Made by a program: the position numbers and the translations under genes. 64,000 nucleotides of DNA, taken from positions 1 to 64,000 of the forward strand of contig NW_021832374.1 in the NCBI RefSeq assembly GCF_006345805.1, read 5' to 3'. A model generated the notes under the pieces. It worked only from the letters and a program-made list of their open reading frames with translations. It was not told the DNA's origin and searched no databases. The stretch comes from Octopus sinensis. Lineage: Eukaryota. Of this stretch, positions 38,689 through 51,059 are shown in pieces. The number at the start of each line of letters is the position of its first letter. Position 1 is the first letter of the stretch.

Positions 38689-40124
38689 TTAACGAGGAGG
38701 GATCATTGCCTTGTTTTGAATTGTTTTAAAATCCAAAGACTAATATGTAATAAAAAGTAAAGCACCTCAAAGAAAGGGTGGATGATTATCTCTGTGACTC
38801 CTTTTATTGAATTTCCAAGACGATCCTTTGGATCTTTTTTCAAAAGCTAGAATTAAACAATTATTAATTACTTTATCGAGTATATCATAAGTTATAAAAT
38901 CTACATATTGTGGAAAACGAACTTCTGAACAAAGAATTTTTTTATTAAAGTAGTTTCCATCGAATGGGTACTAAATTAGTAGAAAATACAATAATATACT
39001 TTTCTGAATAACATTTTATACAAACAGACACCGAATGCCCAAAAATCGACGGATCTTGTGTATGGAACCCATTTGATGATTTCGGGAGCCGTATAGTACG
39101 GGGTCCCCTCATATTGGTTACTTTCGGAGTCCCATTCCATGTTTGGTTTTGAAATTCCAAAGTCAGCGAGTTTAACATATCCGTCTGAGCACAGTAAAAC
39201 GTTTTCAAGTTTTAAATCACTGTCAATTATAAAACTGAATGTACCCGTAAATTATGTTGTTATTGTGAAGAAACGACAGTCCTAGTAGAATACACGCTCC
39301 ATAGAATCTACATAGCTCAACAGAGATACGATTCTTTGAAACCAACGATAGTAAATCTCCTTTCGAAGCGTATTCCATTACAATATGGGTATGGTTCTAC
39401 AAGTTTTATGAAGAAGGATACTCGAAAATGATAAAATCCATGCAAATGCAACACAAAATTGTTTCTCAACGAAGTCGCCAAATTTAAAACATAAATTTCG
39501 TTGATTATAATTGTATCGGAAATTCCAATCTGGTCCAATTGTATTGTTTTGATGGCGTAGTATTTTTTTCTTAATTTACATTCATACAAGCCAACCTACA
39601 ATATATACCCAGTACAATGAAATAAATATTATAATATATTTAATTTATACATCTCCAAAAATTCCTCTTCCAAGATCTCTTATTTTCTTGAAATCGGGTA
39701 TTTTTGCTCTAATAAATAATAAGAATTGAATCGTTTACTCTTTAGAACTTAATGAAATGTTTTTTAGAGATTTGAATTTTTTTAAAATTTTTGAGTAAAT
39801 ATAGCTATAGTTGAACCAGGGATCGTGATAGAATGAGTGGAATTTGTGTTCTTGATCAAAATAAACTGTTGATTGAATGCACCCCTAAAATATATTTTAA
39901 ATAACTTGCATACCATTTTGTTTTTTTGTTAATGTCAAATTTTTCTTTTATATTAAGAAGATTTTCTTTCACGTACATTGACTAATATTTTTCTTCTCTT
40001 TTATTAGTCAGGAGAATTTTTTCAAAATAATTTAAACTTACCTATAAAATTGATTTTAAATAAATGATTTTTAATTATTCAGAAAAGTTTAAAATTAAAG
40101 GCATCAACTTTTTTTGTCTAGCAT
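38689..40124 (-). CDS. AGC-group (PKC/PKN-like) Ser/Thr kinase with multiple micro-introns; 5' exons and start uncertain
   Basis: Spliced LGRGIFGDV, YAIK, IVMEYA, IIYGDLKLENVLL, VKLADFG, GTPYYTAPE, SVDFWAFGV, LLKKDPKDRLG and HPFF. Two to three homopolymer frameshifts must be assumed. Confidence 0.85.
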
Positions 40125-40685
40125 GGAATTATAATTTTGTTAAATATTAATTATTATATGACAAATGAACAAAATTGATAATAAAAATGACGATTTATTA
40201 ACTGTCCGGATTTTAATGTCGAGGGGTGTATAAACAAAGAATTACTTCTGACTATTTCCAACGAGATTCTTTATGAGATTTCGTTTTTGTGATTGGTCTT
40301 TTGTAGAAATGTAATTTATATAAACATGAACTGGTTTTTTCTCAGAATTTCATTTCAAAAATTAAAATCAGGATAATTATTTACATTAGGTTTAACCTTA
40401 GTTTCTTCAAAATATTAAATGAATTTTAAAATTGCCAAATAACCAAAAAAATATTGCATCCATAACTTTCATTGACAAAAACGGTATTATAGACAAAATG
40501 ATTTATTTTCTTAAATAAAAACTACCTTTGAAAAATCGAAATACAATTTGGGATGCTAAAGCAAGTTATAACAGAAAAGGTTTAATGACTGTTACCGATT
40601 ATCAGGAATAATGTCCAAAATGTTATTAAAACAGCATGAAACTCGACCCAGACTCAATTACCACCATATTATCATAACATCTATA

Positions 40686-41553
40686 CCTTTCCAAGTTCAA
40701 TATGGGATTTTCCAAATTCAATATGGGATTTCCAAGTTCAAAGTGGGATTTTCAAGTTCAAGGATTTTCAAGTCGGTTATTGAATTCATTTATTAATTTA
40801 AAATCGCCTTACATTACAAAATGTACGTTAATAAAAAGAAAGAATAAGCTGAAAAAAGAAAAAAATTGTTGACCGTTTACGAAAATGATGGGGATTGGAA
40901 TCAAGTTGCATGTTCTCTTGGAATAAAAAGAACAACTGCATACAGGTGGATAAAAGAAGGCTTTAAGGATGATTTAAGAGGTGGTTTTTGATATTCAAAA
41001 ATTTCAAATACCGTACGAGATTATATGCAAGAAATGGTCGAGTCAAATCCGAAAATTACTTGCAAACAATTGGCTGCAGAGATCAAAGATAAGTACGGAA
41101 TAAAAGTGTCAGGTGAGTGCGTTTGCCTGCATCTTGATTCGCTTATGTATACCATAAAAACATAAGATTCGAACCTGAAAAAGCAACTCAATGCAGAACA
41201 AAGAGAAGCGCAAAAGATTTTGTGAAAAGCTGCTTGGTTATCAAGCAATGGAAATTCCGATTCTTTTTATCGACGAATCCAACTTTAATTTACACATATC
41301 AAGAAAACAAGGGAGGTCGAAAAAGGGGCAGCGATGTAATACACGTGCAAATACGAAGAAGTTACTCCAAAGATTTGTGCTAAGTTAATAGCCAGAATCC
41401 AAGGACTATTGCCTTCTTTATTAAATTACAAGGACGTAACATTTTAATTTTTTCGTTTGATATAAATGAGTCATGATTTTTTTTCAAATATTTTAAAATT
41501 AACTTGGAAATCCTATATTGAATTTGGAAATTCCCATATTGAACTTGGAAAGG
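40686..41553 (+). mobile_element. IS630/Tc1-like non-autonomous element, 868 bp
   Basis: TA|CCTTTCCAAGTTCAATATGGG TIRs built from ~21-bp subrepeats, TA TSD. HTH IKRTTAYRWIK and first catalytic D in LFIDESNFNL. Confidence 0.85.
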
Positions 41554-41555
41554 TA

Positions 41556-43270
41556 TTGTGCTAATGCTCATCAATTGGATGTCAACTCATTCCTCATCAA
41601 ACTGTCCAGCTTCCGAAGTTCTTTGAAAATCTCCCTTCGCATTCCAAAGTCAGCAAGATTACAAGTTTCCAAATGTCTTATTTCCTTCATCAACGATGCG
41701 CTCACATCCAACAGTTTGGAGGCATGGTCTCGTCTAATCAGTTTTACCGCACTGGCGCTCGGAAACCCCATCCGCACTGGGGAAAATCCACCTCCTCTAG
41801 CAGAATTGATTAAAGAGAACATCAACAGAATTTCTTCGCACTCAATAACAACCTTGCCCGATGTTGATCGCAAGCACTTTCCAAATAACAAAAAGAAAAC
41901 CCCACAGTGCCTTGAGGACACCCTGAATGATCGTGTTCGTGTCAAACCTGCCGAGGATGACGTTCGGACTGCCATTTGCACAGTCTCAAACGACGACACA
42001 GTGTTAAAACCAACTTTTGAGATCCAAACACCCAAATCCTCTCCCTGATCTGCAGCCTCTTATTCGCCCATCTGTGTCTTGCACGCTCAACCCATCAAAA
42101 GATGAAATCAAGTTCTCAATTCAATCAATCTGTTGCACTTGCAATCGATGATGCAGTGCACTCTGTTGAATCTCTGTTCAATCTATGGTACTTGGATGCT
42201 GCCTCGGTTTGTGGATCTATCGAGGATATATCCAACGACCTTTCACATTTAATCCCTGCCCTCAAATATCTTGGGCTTGAAGTAAATGAAGAAAAATGTG
42301 AGCTCATTAATGTCAACTACCCGCTGGCAAATTTTCTCGACTCAAAAAAGCCCATAACCGATCTCATCTCAGGCATTCAGACTATCAACATGTCAGAGGC
42401 TACATTCCTCATCAAAAACAGTATACATATGCCGAAACTTGTTTACACGCTCCGCTGCCTGCCATGCTACTCGCATCAAGACATTCTGTCTTCCATTGAA
42501 AAAGCATTGAAATCCTGGACGGAAGCAGTTTTGAACATTTCCTTTGACGAAATCGGTTGGACGCAAGCAAAACTTCCCGTCAGGTTCGGAGGGATCGGTC
42601 TTCGTTCGCCTAAAGATCTGGCGCCACATGCACATTTCTCTTCAATTTCTAGAAGCCGTCATTTGTCCGAGAGGTTCTACTCCCCTTCAACGAACTCCCT
42701 CTGGAGTTGCCGACTGCCGACCTCCTGGAATTCTGGACCAACTCCAACCTTCAGATCCCTTCTGAGATGTCCAGACAGAGGGATTGGGACGAGATCTGGG
42801 CAGCACACTCGTTCTCTACGCTCCAACCGACCTTGGACCATGAAGAAATCAACGACGTAATCTCAAGAGCACTCAATGCTGCTGGCTTCCCCAATGTGCT
42901 AGAATCCGCCGGATTGGACAGAGGGGACGGCAAACGCCCAGATGGGATGACTACCTTCCCATTCTGGTGCCACATCCGCCCTATTGTCATCTGCTTCGTC
43001 TTCCGGCTCGGCCGCTGCTTTGGCGGAAGCCCGCAAAGTCGAAAAGTACAAGAATCTTGCCACTCGACATTCCTTCGTGCCTCTGGCCTTTGAGACATCA
43101 GGCGCTTCCGGTCCGCTCACCTCATGCTTCATGAAAGACCTCTGTATCCTCATTGCTCGGAAGAAAATGGATGCTCGCAAGTCCTCTTGGTTGAGACAGA
43201 GGATCTCGCTCGCAATCGTGCGCGGCAACGCTTTTATTGATATTCTTTGTGCTTCTATTTTTAATTTTTG
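41556..43270 (+). mobile_element. CRE-clade non-LTR retrotransposon (RT + RLE), internally deleted
   Basis: WYLDA (YLDD-like), [44 protein letters not shown]...[10 protein letters not shown] and QRISLAIVRGNA. Confidence 0.88.
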
Positions 43271-43917
43271 AGTTAAGACATTTTTATGATTTTTCACCCT
43301 TTTAGAATTCCAGATAATTTCAGACCGGATGAGTAAAAGATCAACATTGACTATACATCACTTGTGTACAGTTTTAGTGTATGATAAATTGGTAAGAAAT
43401 GATGAAAGTAGAAGATAATTTTTTTGATTTTCTGTTAGACCAAATCACCGGCTTTTCCAATTGGGCGTTTAGACATCCAAAGTTTTACTTCTGGATGAAG
43501 CTTTGTGTCTGAGCAAACGAGTAAAACCCCTTTGGAATGTCTGCAAATACAAGCACAGTTTTTTGTATGTCTAAGGTAAGTAGAAATTGTCTGATTTCAT
43601 AATTTTTCACATGAAAGACTTTTTGTGTTTGTGTTGATTGACTGGTTAAAAATGAAAAGTAGCAACAGGATTTTGGATATTGTTTGAACCGACCATTTAA
43701 GATTTTCACCTTTGTGTATTTTAAAAGAGCTCAATGTTGTTTGGAGAATTTATTAAAGAAGTATAATAATTTATTAGCTAATTTGGTTGAGTAGGTGTTA
43801 CTGTAAAAAATTGAAAGTCGTGTTTTAAAAAGATTTACTAAGTTTTTAGTTAATTTGAAATTTTATATTAGTATAATATTATTAAGTAAATTTAAATTTC
43901 AATTTAACGATTTTATT

Positions 43918-44466
43918 ATGAGTTTTGCTGAAATTTCCAGGTTGATTTTTGGAAAGGTGCAGGAAATTCATCCAAAACCAAAGCAATTTCCTCGCATGTT
44001 TAATCAAGATGAATTAAAAAAGAAATTGACTAAAATACAATATGATGTGACCCAAAAGGGAGATACTGAAAGGTTTATTTATATTCAGGGAAAATAATAT
44101 GAATAATTCTTTTGTAATAAATTATTTAAAATAGGCCAAACACTGGAAAGTATTTAAACAATAAAAATACGGGAAAATATTTATGTATTGTTTGCTCGAA
44201 TGAAGTTTTTTCAAGTAAATGTAAGTATGACTGTCCTTGTGGATGGGACTCTTTTTATGATCCGATAGCTATAGATAAAATTTTATATTCTGCCGATTAT
44301 TCTATTGGTAATATATTTTATTATTAAATAAAGGAAACCGAGTTGAAGTATCCTGCGCTAATTGTGGAGCTCATTTTGGGCATGTTTTTGAAGACGGTCC
44401 TAAACCCACTTATCTTAGGTACTGCATTAATTCCGCTTCTTTGGATTTTGTGAAAGAAGACAAATA
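43918..44466 (+). CDS. MSRB: Methionine-R-sulfoxide reductase MsrB, introns 44073-44134 and 44308-44333
   Basis: Spliced [69 protein letters not shown]. Confidence 0.93.
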
Positions 44467-44869
44467 ATTAATTTCTGTCTAATTCGTTTTCTAACATTAA
44501 AAAATTGATTTCTTTTCATAAAAATGAATCTAGAATTACTCATTCAAAAAAAAGAAATTTGTGATTTACTCAAAGACCTAAGGCCGATTAATTGCATGCC
44601 AAATCTGATTTGGACTTAAATCTGAACGAATCGTCCTGGTGGTTATCGTGTGGTAACAACTCTCTAAAGTCGGAGGGAATTCTGTGTCTGATTTAGGACC
44701 TTAACTTATTCTTTGACAGCAAGAGTATTAGTTCCAACCATTGCAACGCCGCCAAAAAGGCTGTGGATCATCTTGCTGTAAAATGTGGTAGAATGTTGAA
44801 CATCAATTATCTGTGTCGCCATAATTCACTTGCAAATCTACCCAAAATATGGAATCAAACAGTCTAGAT

Positions 44870-45894
44870 CAGGGGTTCTCAACCTCTTTAGCTCAAGGGC
44901 CAAATCGATAATTAAGATTAGCTTCGCGGGCCGCACAAAAAATATTTTATATATTTTTATATTTTCCAAGCCGTTAACTCGCTTGCAATCAGAAGTGCAG
45001 CCACTGCTGATGCGTAATGCGTTTTTGGACTCTTTTTTTTCTTTTTTTAATTTCCATTTCCTTTATAAAGAAATACAAGCTAAAAAATCTAAAAAAGGCG
45101 TTGTAACTAAAAAGAAAGTATTATTTGTTTATTAAGTTTTTGAAATCCGGAATAAGTAAAGTCGAAGAAGTTCGTAAAAGCTGACTCAAGTGATTATCCG
45201 TGAGTTTGTTACGATATTTATTTTTTATTCGAATCATTTTACTAAATATTGATCCAAACATTGATATATTCATATATGCATTGTATGTTATATTTTTGAA
45301 TTTGTCTTGATGAATTAATTCGTAAAAATTAATAATGGACGCATTTTTGAACAATGCAGCCAGTTCTAAATCATGTTGTAAATTAATGAGTTCTAGTTGA
45401 AACTTTGCAAGCGCATCCTTAATTTCCACGCTGAATGGAGTTGCAAATATTTTCATTAAAGGAAGGAATTCTTTAAAATTCTAAAAATTAAATTTATATA
45501 AATGTACCCCAAAACGTGCTTCAAATTGATTAATTAAATCACCAATTATGGATATGTATTTTTCATAATCAGCGCCTTCGTTGTTTTCAGATAGTGAATA
45601 AAAATGAGATTTATCTCCGTCTTTAAGTGAAGTCATCCATAAATATAATTTTTTCGATTCAACATTGAGATTCGACAAATGCGTGGTTAAATCAACATAA
45701 AAAGCCAAATCGGCAATCCATCTTTCATCGTAAAATAAAGAATAAATAATTAAACTTTAACATTATTAAAAAATTAAAAAAGTTAGTTACTCTAGAGCAG
45801 GGGTCTCCAACCGGCTCGCGTTGTCAAAAATTTGGAGACCCCTGCTCTAGAGGGGCCGCAAAAAAATCCTGGGGGCCGCATTTGAGAACCGCTG
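44870..45894 (-). mobile_element. Non-autonomous hAT (Charlie/GTF2IRD2-like)
   Basis: TIRs CAG(G/C)GGTTCTCAA; TSD GTCTAGAT (44862-44869 / 45895-45902). Remnants LAFYVDLTTHL, KIFATPF, QLELINLQ and KNKYRNKLTD. Confidence 0.9.
45798..45844. mobile_element. 47-bp hAT micro-MITE
   Basis: 13-bp TIR CAGGGGTCTCCAA, 21-bp spacer, perfect TSD CTCTAGAG (45790-45797 / 45845-45852). Confidence 0.88.
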
Positions 45895-46810
45895 GTCTAG
45901 ATGGTTAAAGACCCACTCCTCTAGTCGACTGTCTCTAATGAGGTGGTCGAAATAAGAGTGAACACAACAATCAAGACAAATACTAAAGTTGATTATAATA
46001 AATTGGACATTTTGTCTAAGACAAGGTTCGAAGCATCATTACGCTAATCAAAGATGAGATTACTTTCAACAATTTTTTAAGCACATGGAAGTCGAGAAAT
46101 TACGTAAATATGATCTCTTGGCAAACGAATTAAATTTAATCCATTATGAAAAGTAGATGTCATACCACTGGTTTTCACATAGGACGGAATAGTATCCAAA
46201 TTTTACAAGCACTGCCGAAACTCCATAAAAGTCAGATTCGACTCGTCTCTTTGTCCAGACAATCTTGATTAAAAACATTAGAGAGCATGCGTTTGGACCA
46301 CGAACTCTCATCTACGGCTGTGAATCATGTGACAAATATTGTGATGGATGTTGAGGCAATTAATTAGCAAATAAATGAGAAAATAGCCACCACGAGACTT
46401 TCAAATACACGGACGCTGTATCCCGGGCCATGAGTCTGGCAGACCGAGGCAAATCGGAAATAAAGAGAAGAAAGCTCGAATTAATATTATCTGAATAAAT
46501 AATATTCCACTTATTATAATTTGAAATCGACATTATTATAAATTTTGACGTTTTCTGAGCGTTTTTGAAATCAAAAAAGGAGAGTCAGACGTTAAAATGG
46601 AATTGATTTTGATACTCAAATGTGTTTCTCTCCCCATGTCGACAATATCCTATCGAAATGTGAAAACAAGACTACTGCGCTAAATTTTTTCTCCAGAAAT
46701 TTAGAAAACAACCCATACTTGAATGTTTATAGTGTCTTGTTGCTCATACGCATATACGGTTACAATATTGTGCCAATCAATCTCCTGATCCAACAAAATG
46801 AAGATCGAGG

Positions 46811-48712
46811 CAAGCCAAAAAAGAACTTTTACATTCACGTAGCGCTGAGCTAGAGTGAAGTCCTCTCTTCTACAAACATGGAAACCCTCGTGCTCTAATA
46901 TGGACAAACATATAAGCAATCGCGGAGACTATGGCTACACGTACAAGACAAACCTGCGCGGACTCACGTGAAGAAAACCTGGGTACTTATTTGTTCTGTT
47001 TTTCGTGTTCTGTTTAAGGAATAAAAAAGACATTAAAATGAATCTACTGGAAAGTTTATGATTTAACTTTCGTCAAGTTTTTTGAGGTTTCACACCAATC
47101 AGCGTAGAAGGTAAACTTCCTTAAGAGATAAAATCTTTTTACCCTGTCAAATCAAAAATTTCTTATTTGATCGACATTCACATAAACACTTTTTTGCTAC
47201 AAGCATACCTTACCGATTTATTTCTCAGTTTCGTTGCTTTAAAACCCAAAAATTGAAGGAGGGGATTATTTATATTATAATTTGTTTTAGGGAAAACTTT
47301 AGTATGATGTAGCTTAGAAACTCCAAAAAAACTGGTTGATAAAAAGATGAGAACAAGTCTCGGAAAGCCATGTGGCTTTAACGGATTTCTCGGAGGATTC
47401 TCGAATTTAATTCTCAAAACGTCTCCCTCAAAAGTTTTAAATACTAAATAAATGTGATCGTATAATTGTATTAAAATAATTCGGTAAGTATATCACCAAA
47501 TATAGCGATCTTGAGGTTTTTAGTGAAAAATTATGACAATTTTTCACTTGAAAAGATAATTGAGTGTTTCTTCCAATTAATTATCAATTCGTAATATTTT
47601 TCTTAAATAGTCGTAAATTATTATCAAAAAATGGTGCTGGCATGCATTAAAACTTTCTATATGATTATTTGTTTGATTTTTTTGGGGGTAATTGAGTTTA
47701 AACTAAATATAGATCATCTCTATTATAAGTTGCTTTGTTGGAACTGATATATTAATAAATTACAAATTACAAAATTATTTGAAAATTACTATTTGAAATA
47801 TGTGGGAGTTATTTCATTAACCATTGGTCTTATAGCATTTCTTGGAACGGTTTCTGGAAGTTTATATGCATATAAGAAAAAAGGATTTTATGCAAAATTT
47901 TTCGTAAGAAATTTTTAAAAACAAATTAGTTTGCTTTTTCCCTTTTTACTATTCCTATTTTGTTATTTGGAGAAACAGTTATATATTGCAACAAAAAACA
48001 AACAGTTATCATTTTTAACCACAATTATTAGGTTCTAAACGAAATGCGCAATAATTTCATCAATGCAGTAAAAAATTATCCAATAAATAAACATGCTCTG
48101 GATAAATACCAAAATTATCATAAATGTTGTGGTTACTCATCTCCATTAAATTGGAATGGGAATTTTCCAAAAAGTTGTTGTTCAATTAGTCCTTGCAATA
48201 TTTACAATGCAAATCAAGTTAATTTATTTTTCAGTCATAATGTTTAGGGATGCATTAGAAAACTTGAAAACGACGCAGAAAATTATAAATTATATTTGAT
48301 TTTTGGGACTGTGATGGTTTCTCTAATAGCGGTTATATGCGCTAATTTAATTTAGTTATTCGGAATCTATTCCGCCTACGCAGAAATTACTGAAATTAGG
48401 AATGTCGAAATTGATTACTAACTTATATTAACTATAGTATTTGTAAAAGTTTTTAAACATTAATATCTAGTAAAAAGAAAAAAAAATATCTAGAAAATTT
48501 ATGAATTTTATATTCAATTTTAGATAGATTAGTCCGCGTGTATTTTTTCATGAATAAAATCTAATTTTTTAACAAAACAAAGTAATCACAAAAAGCTATC
48601 ATTAAAACGACAATCATCAAATAGCAGACCGCCCGTCGTTAATCATAATCATATAGCATTCAAAAACCAAATCACACAAAAATTAAAAGTTAGTTAAGTT
48701 AAAAAAAAATCC
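46811..48712 (+). repeat. ~1.9 kb segment directly duplicated at 62097-64000
   Basis: Near-identical from GCAAGCCAAAAA(A)GAAC to AAGTTAGTTAAGTTAAAAAAAA; offset about 15.3 kb. Confidence 0.95.
47631..48421 (+). CDS. Tetraspanin, copy 1; 5 introns of 24-30 nt; one 1-nt homopolymer frameshift near 47770
   Basis: Four hydrophobic segments; large loop KCCGYSSPLNW..PKSCC..PC..GC. Confidence 0.88.
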
Positions 48713-48859
48713 GCAGTAACAACAACTAAAAAAGCTTAAACTAACGTGTAAAAAATCTTTTTAACAATTTCTGATCATTTAAAATTAACAAATAAATAAC
48801 TATAATTTAATTAATTACTATTATTTTTCAAGTCCAAATCACTCTTAATCCTTTATTCG

Positions 48860-49490
48860 TTGAAAGACTGGTAATAAACCTAGACAAAACGGAAAAAACT
48901 ACCATATCCCATCTATGGACGAAAAACAAGAAAAAGTAAAAAACATGCAAGAAAGTTGAATCTCTCTTTGAGGACTCGTTATTCGAAGGAAGTGCTGGCT
49001 CTTGCCTCTTTCAAAATTGGACAATCTGGATGAGACATAGAAACCGCTTTCGAATTCGACTGTAAAACTTCAATGTAGAATTAATCCTGCTTTACAACTC
49101 GGGGACCAGAGTCTAACCGTCAAGAATAAAAAAGTTCAACTCTTCTCACAAAAAACAATTAAGACTACTCTTAGGAATTCGCTGGCCGAAAAAGATGAGC
49201 AATAAATAACTCTATAGAACTACTTATATATTCGAAATCGCAGAAAAAAGTTATGTCCAATGAGTGATTGCTCTTTGGAGATGTTATGGAATCTTAATTC
49301 TGCTTACCAAACAAAACAACATATCGAGGTCATAAAGAATAACATTACCGACCACGCTTGACCATGAACTCAAATTGATTGGAAGAAAACTGAAATCGAT
49401 AGGTGATCTGGACGATCTAAGAAATCTTACACGAAACAGGAAGGATGGAATTGACTAACAGGAAATATACCGAATCGCATAGAAATAGTG
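48860..49490 (+). mobile_element. Degenerate RTE LINE 3' fragment related to 53.4-56.4 kb
   Basis: LVINLDKTE, LLYNSG and HKKQLRLLLGIRWP. Confidence 0.6.
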
Positions 49491-49834
49491 GAATCGTACT
49501 TAACTTCATGATTTTCCAAAAATTGCATTAATAAAAAATAATTAATCACTCTTTGCTAGTTATTTAATACCAAAGAGTGTTCAATTCGCCAACAAATTAA
49601 ATCGAATTCGAATATAAATAATCTCATACACTTAAATAATTAATCAACTTAGCTTTCAGATAGAAGTAAAGATAATCAATAAAACTAATTAAATATCGGA
49701 AACAGGCTTTAAATTGTCTCAAGTGCAGACGACTTAAAAAATTGAGTTTTTCATCAAAATTTTTCAACCATAAATTCACTTTAAATCTCAGTTGTTAAAT
49801 TTAAGTAAAAAATAAGCATAAAACAGAAACCCAA

Positions 49835-50346
49835 TTAAAATAAGAATATCACGATATTATAAAAATAAATTAAGATAAACGAGGAAACTCTTCCAGACTC
49901 GATAAGTTGATACTTCCTGTATTTTCTGAACTCTATATTGATAAGTTTTCCATCGGGTCCATATTGAATAAAAGGAACAAATTTCTTTTCTTTTTCTTCC
50001 TGTTTTGGAGCAAATTTGATAGGAGCTTTATTCCAAACATTTCCAGAAGGAACAGGAATTTCCACAGGCTGGGGAACTGGCTTTTCACATTCCAAAATCT
50101 CGTCAGTGCTTAAATATTGTTAATTAAATTATACTCTTTTGCTACTGGAATTGGCGTTTCTTCCTCAAAATCATCTTCTTCCACCTGTAAATACAAATTA
50201 GAGGGGGAGATGTGATTTACCTTGTTTTGCTTCTCAGAATTCGCCATTTTTAAAGCATATTTCTGCTTTTCTTCATCAATTTTTTGAATAACCGCTGCAA
50301 ACTCATCGTCGTTGATTAACAAATAGAGCACAAGAAATATCAACAA
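49835..50346 (-). CDS. Part of an intron-containing gene of unknown function (acidic/Pro-rich, hydrophilic); ends undefined
   Basis: GT-AG introns 50185-50220 and 50109-50134 join the two ORFs in frame: KQNKVEEDDFEEETPIPVAKDTDEILECEKPVP...FIQYGPDGKLINIEF. Confidence 0.6.
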
Positions 50347-50419
50347 ATCGATAATGATATAATTTTATTTATTAATCCAATATACATAAAAATAAAAATA
50401 TAAAATAAATAAAATAATA

Positions 50420-51040
50420 ATCTCAAATATAAACTTGATCAACACCGCCTGGCCTGTCTGCTTTCGGGGTCCCAAAAGTATTCAGGAGCCTGACTGACAG
50501 CTATCCCAATGGCGTCAGTCGAGACATTACTGGATAACGAATGCCTTTACATAGCAGTTCTCTGGACTTGGGATTAAAAATCTGCTGTGAGAATGAATTC
50601 CGATCGACATTCTAGGATTACACTTGCTGTCGTAGTGCTGGCCGCGATTTTGTGGGCTTAATTATGTGGCAAGCTGCGTCATTACATCTGCTGGATTCCC
50701 TAATGTGCTAGAACTAGTCGTGTTGGATCGCAAAGATGGAAAGCGCCCAAATTGCCTGAAAATATTACCCATTGATCACGGGAAATGCCTCATCTGAGAC
50801 GCGACATGCTCGGACATATTTTTAGCACATAAACTAATCTCGACAGTTGCTGAGTCCGATTCGGCGGCAAAAAACGCGGAACTCGTCAAAAAATACGCGT
50901 CCTTGGCTAGAAACCACACATTTGCACCAATAGCCGTGGGACATTCTGACTCATCGGCCCAAATCGCTTTCTTTCTACGTCGACGTGGAACAAAGATTGT
51001 AAAAAATAAGGAACCCAACGAGACTCGTCATCTTTCTTGT
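50420..51040 (+). mobile_element. CRE-like RLE-domain remnant
   Basis: RKDGKRP, GKCLI*DATCSD and KKYASLARNHTFAPIAV. Confidence 0.7.
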
Positions 51041-51059
51041 TAAAAAAAATCAAAATTTA

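Larger units (their letters stand above)
44575..46440 (+). mobile_element. R2/NeSL-like RLE retrotransposon remnant split by the hAT at 44870-45894
   Basis: KAVDHLAVKCGRMLNINYLCRHN; KYGIKQSR|WLKTHS across the TSD; EIRVNTTIKT; EKLRKYDLLANEL. Confidence 0.7.

Noticed and set aside
43485-43709. Minus-strand ORF divergent from MsrB
   Set aside because: It has a GTG start, no recognisable motif and no consistent intron pattern.
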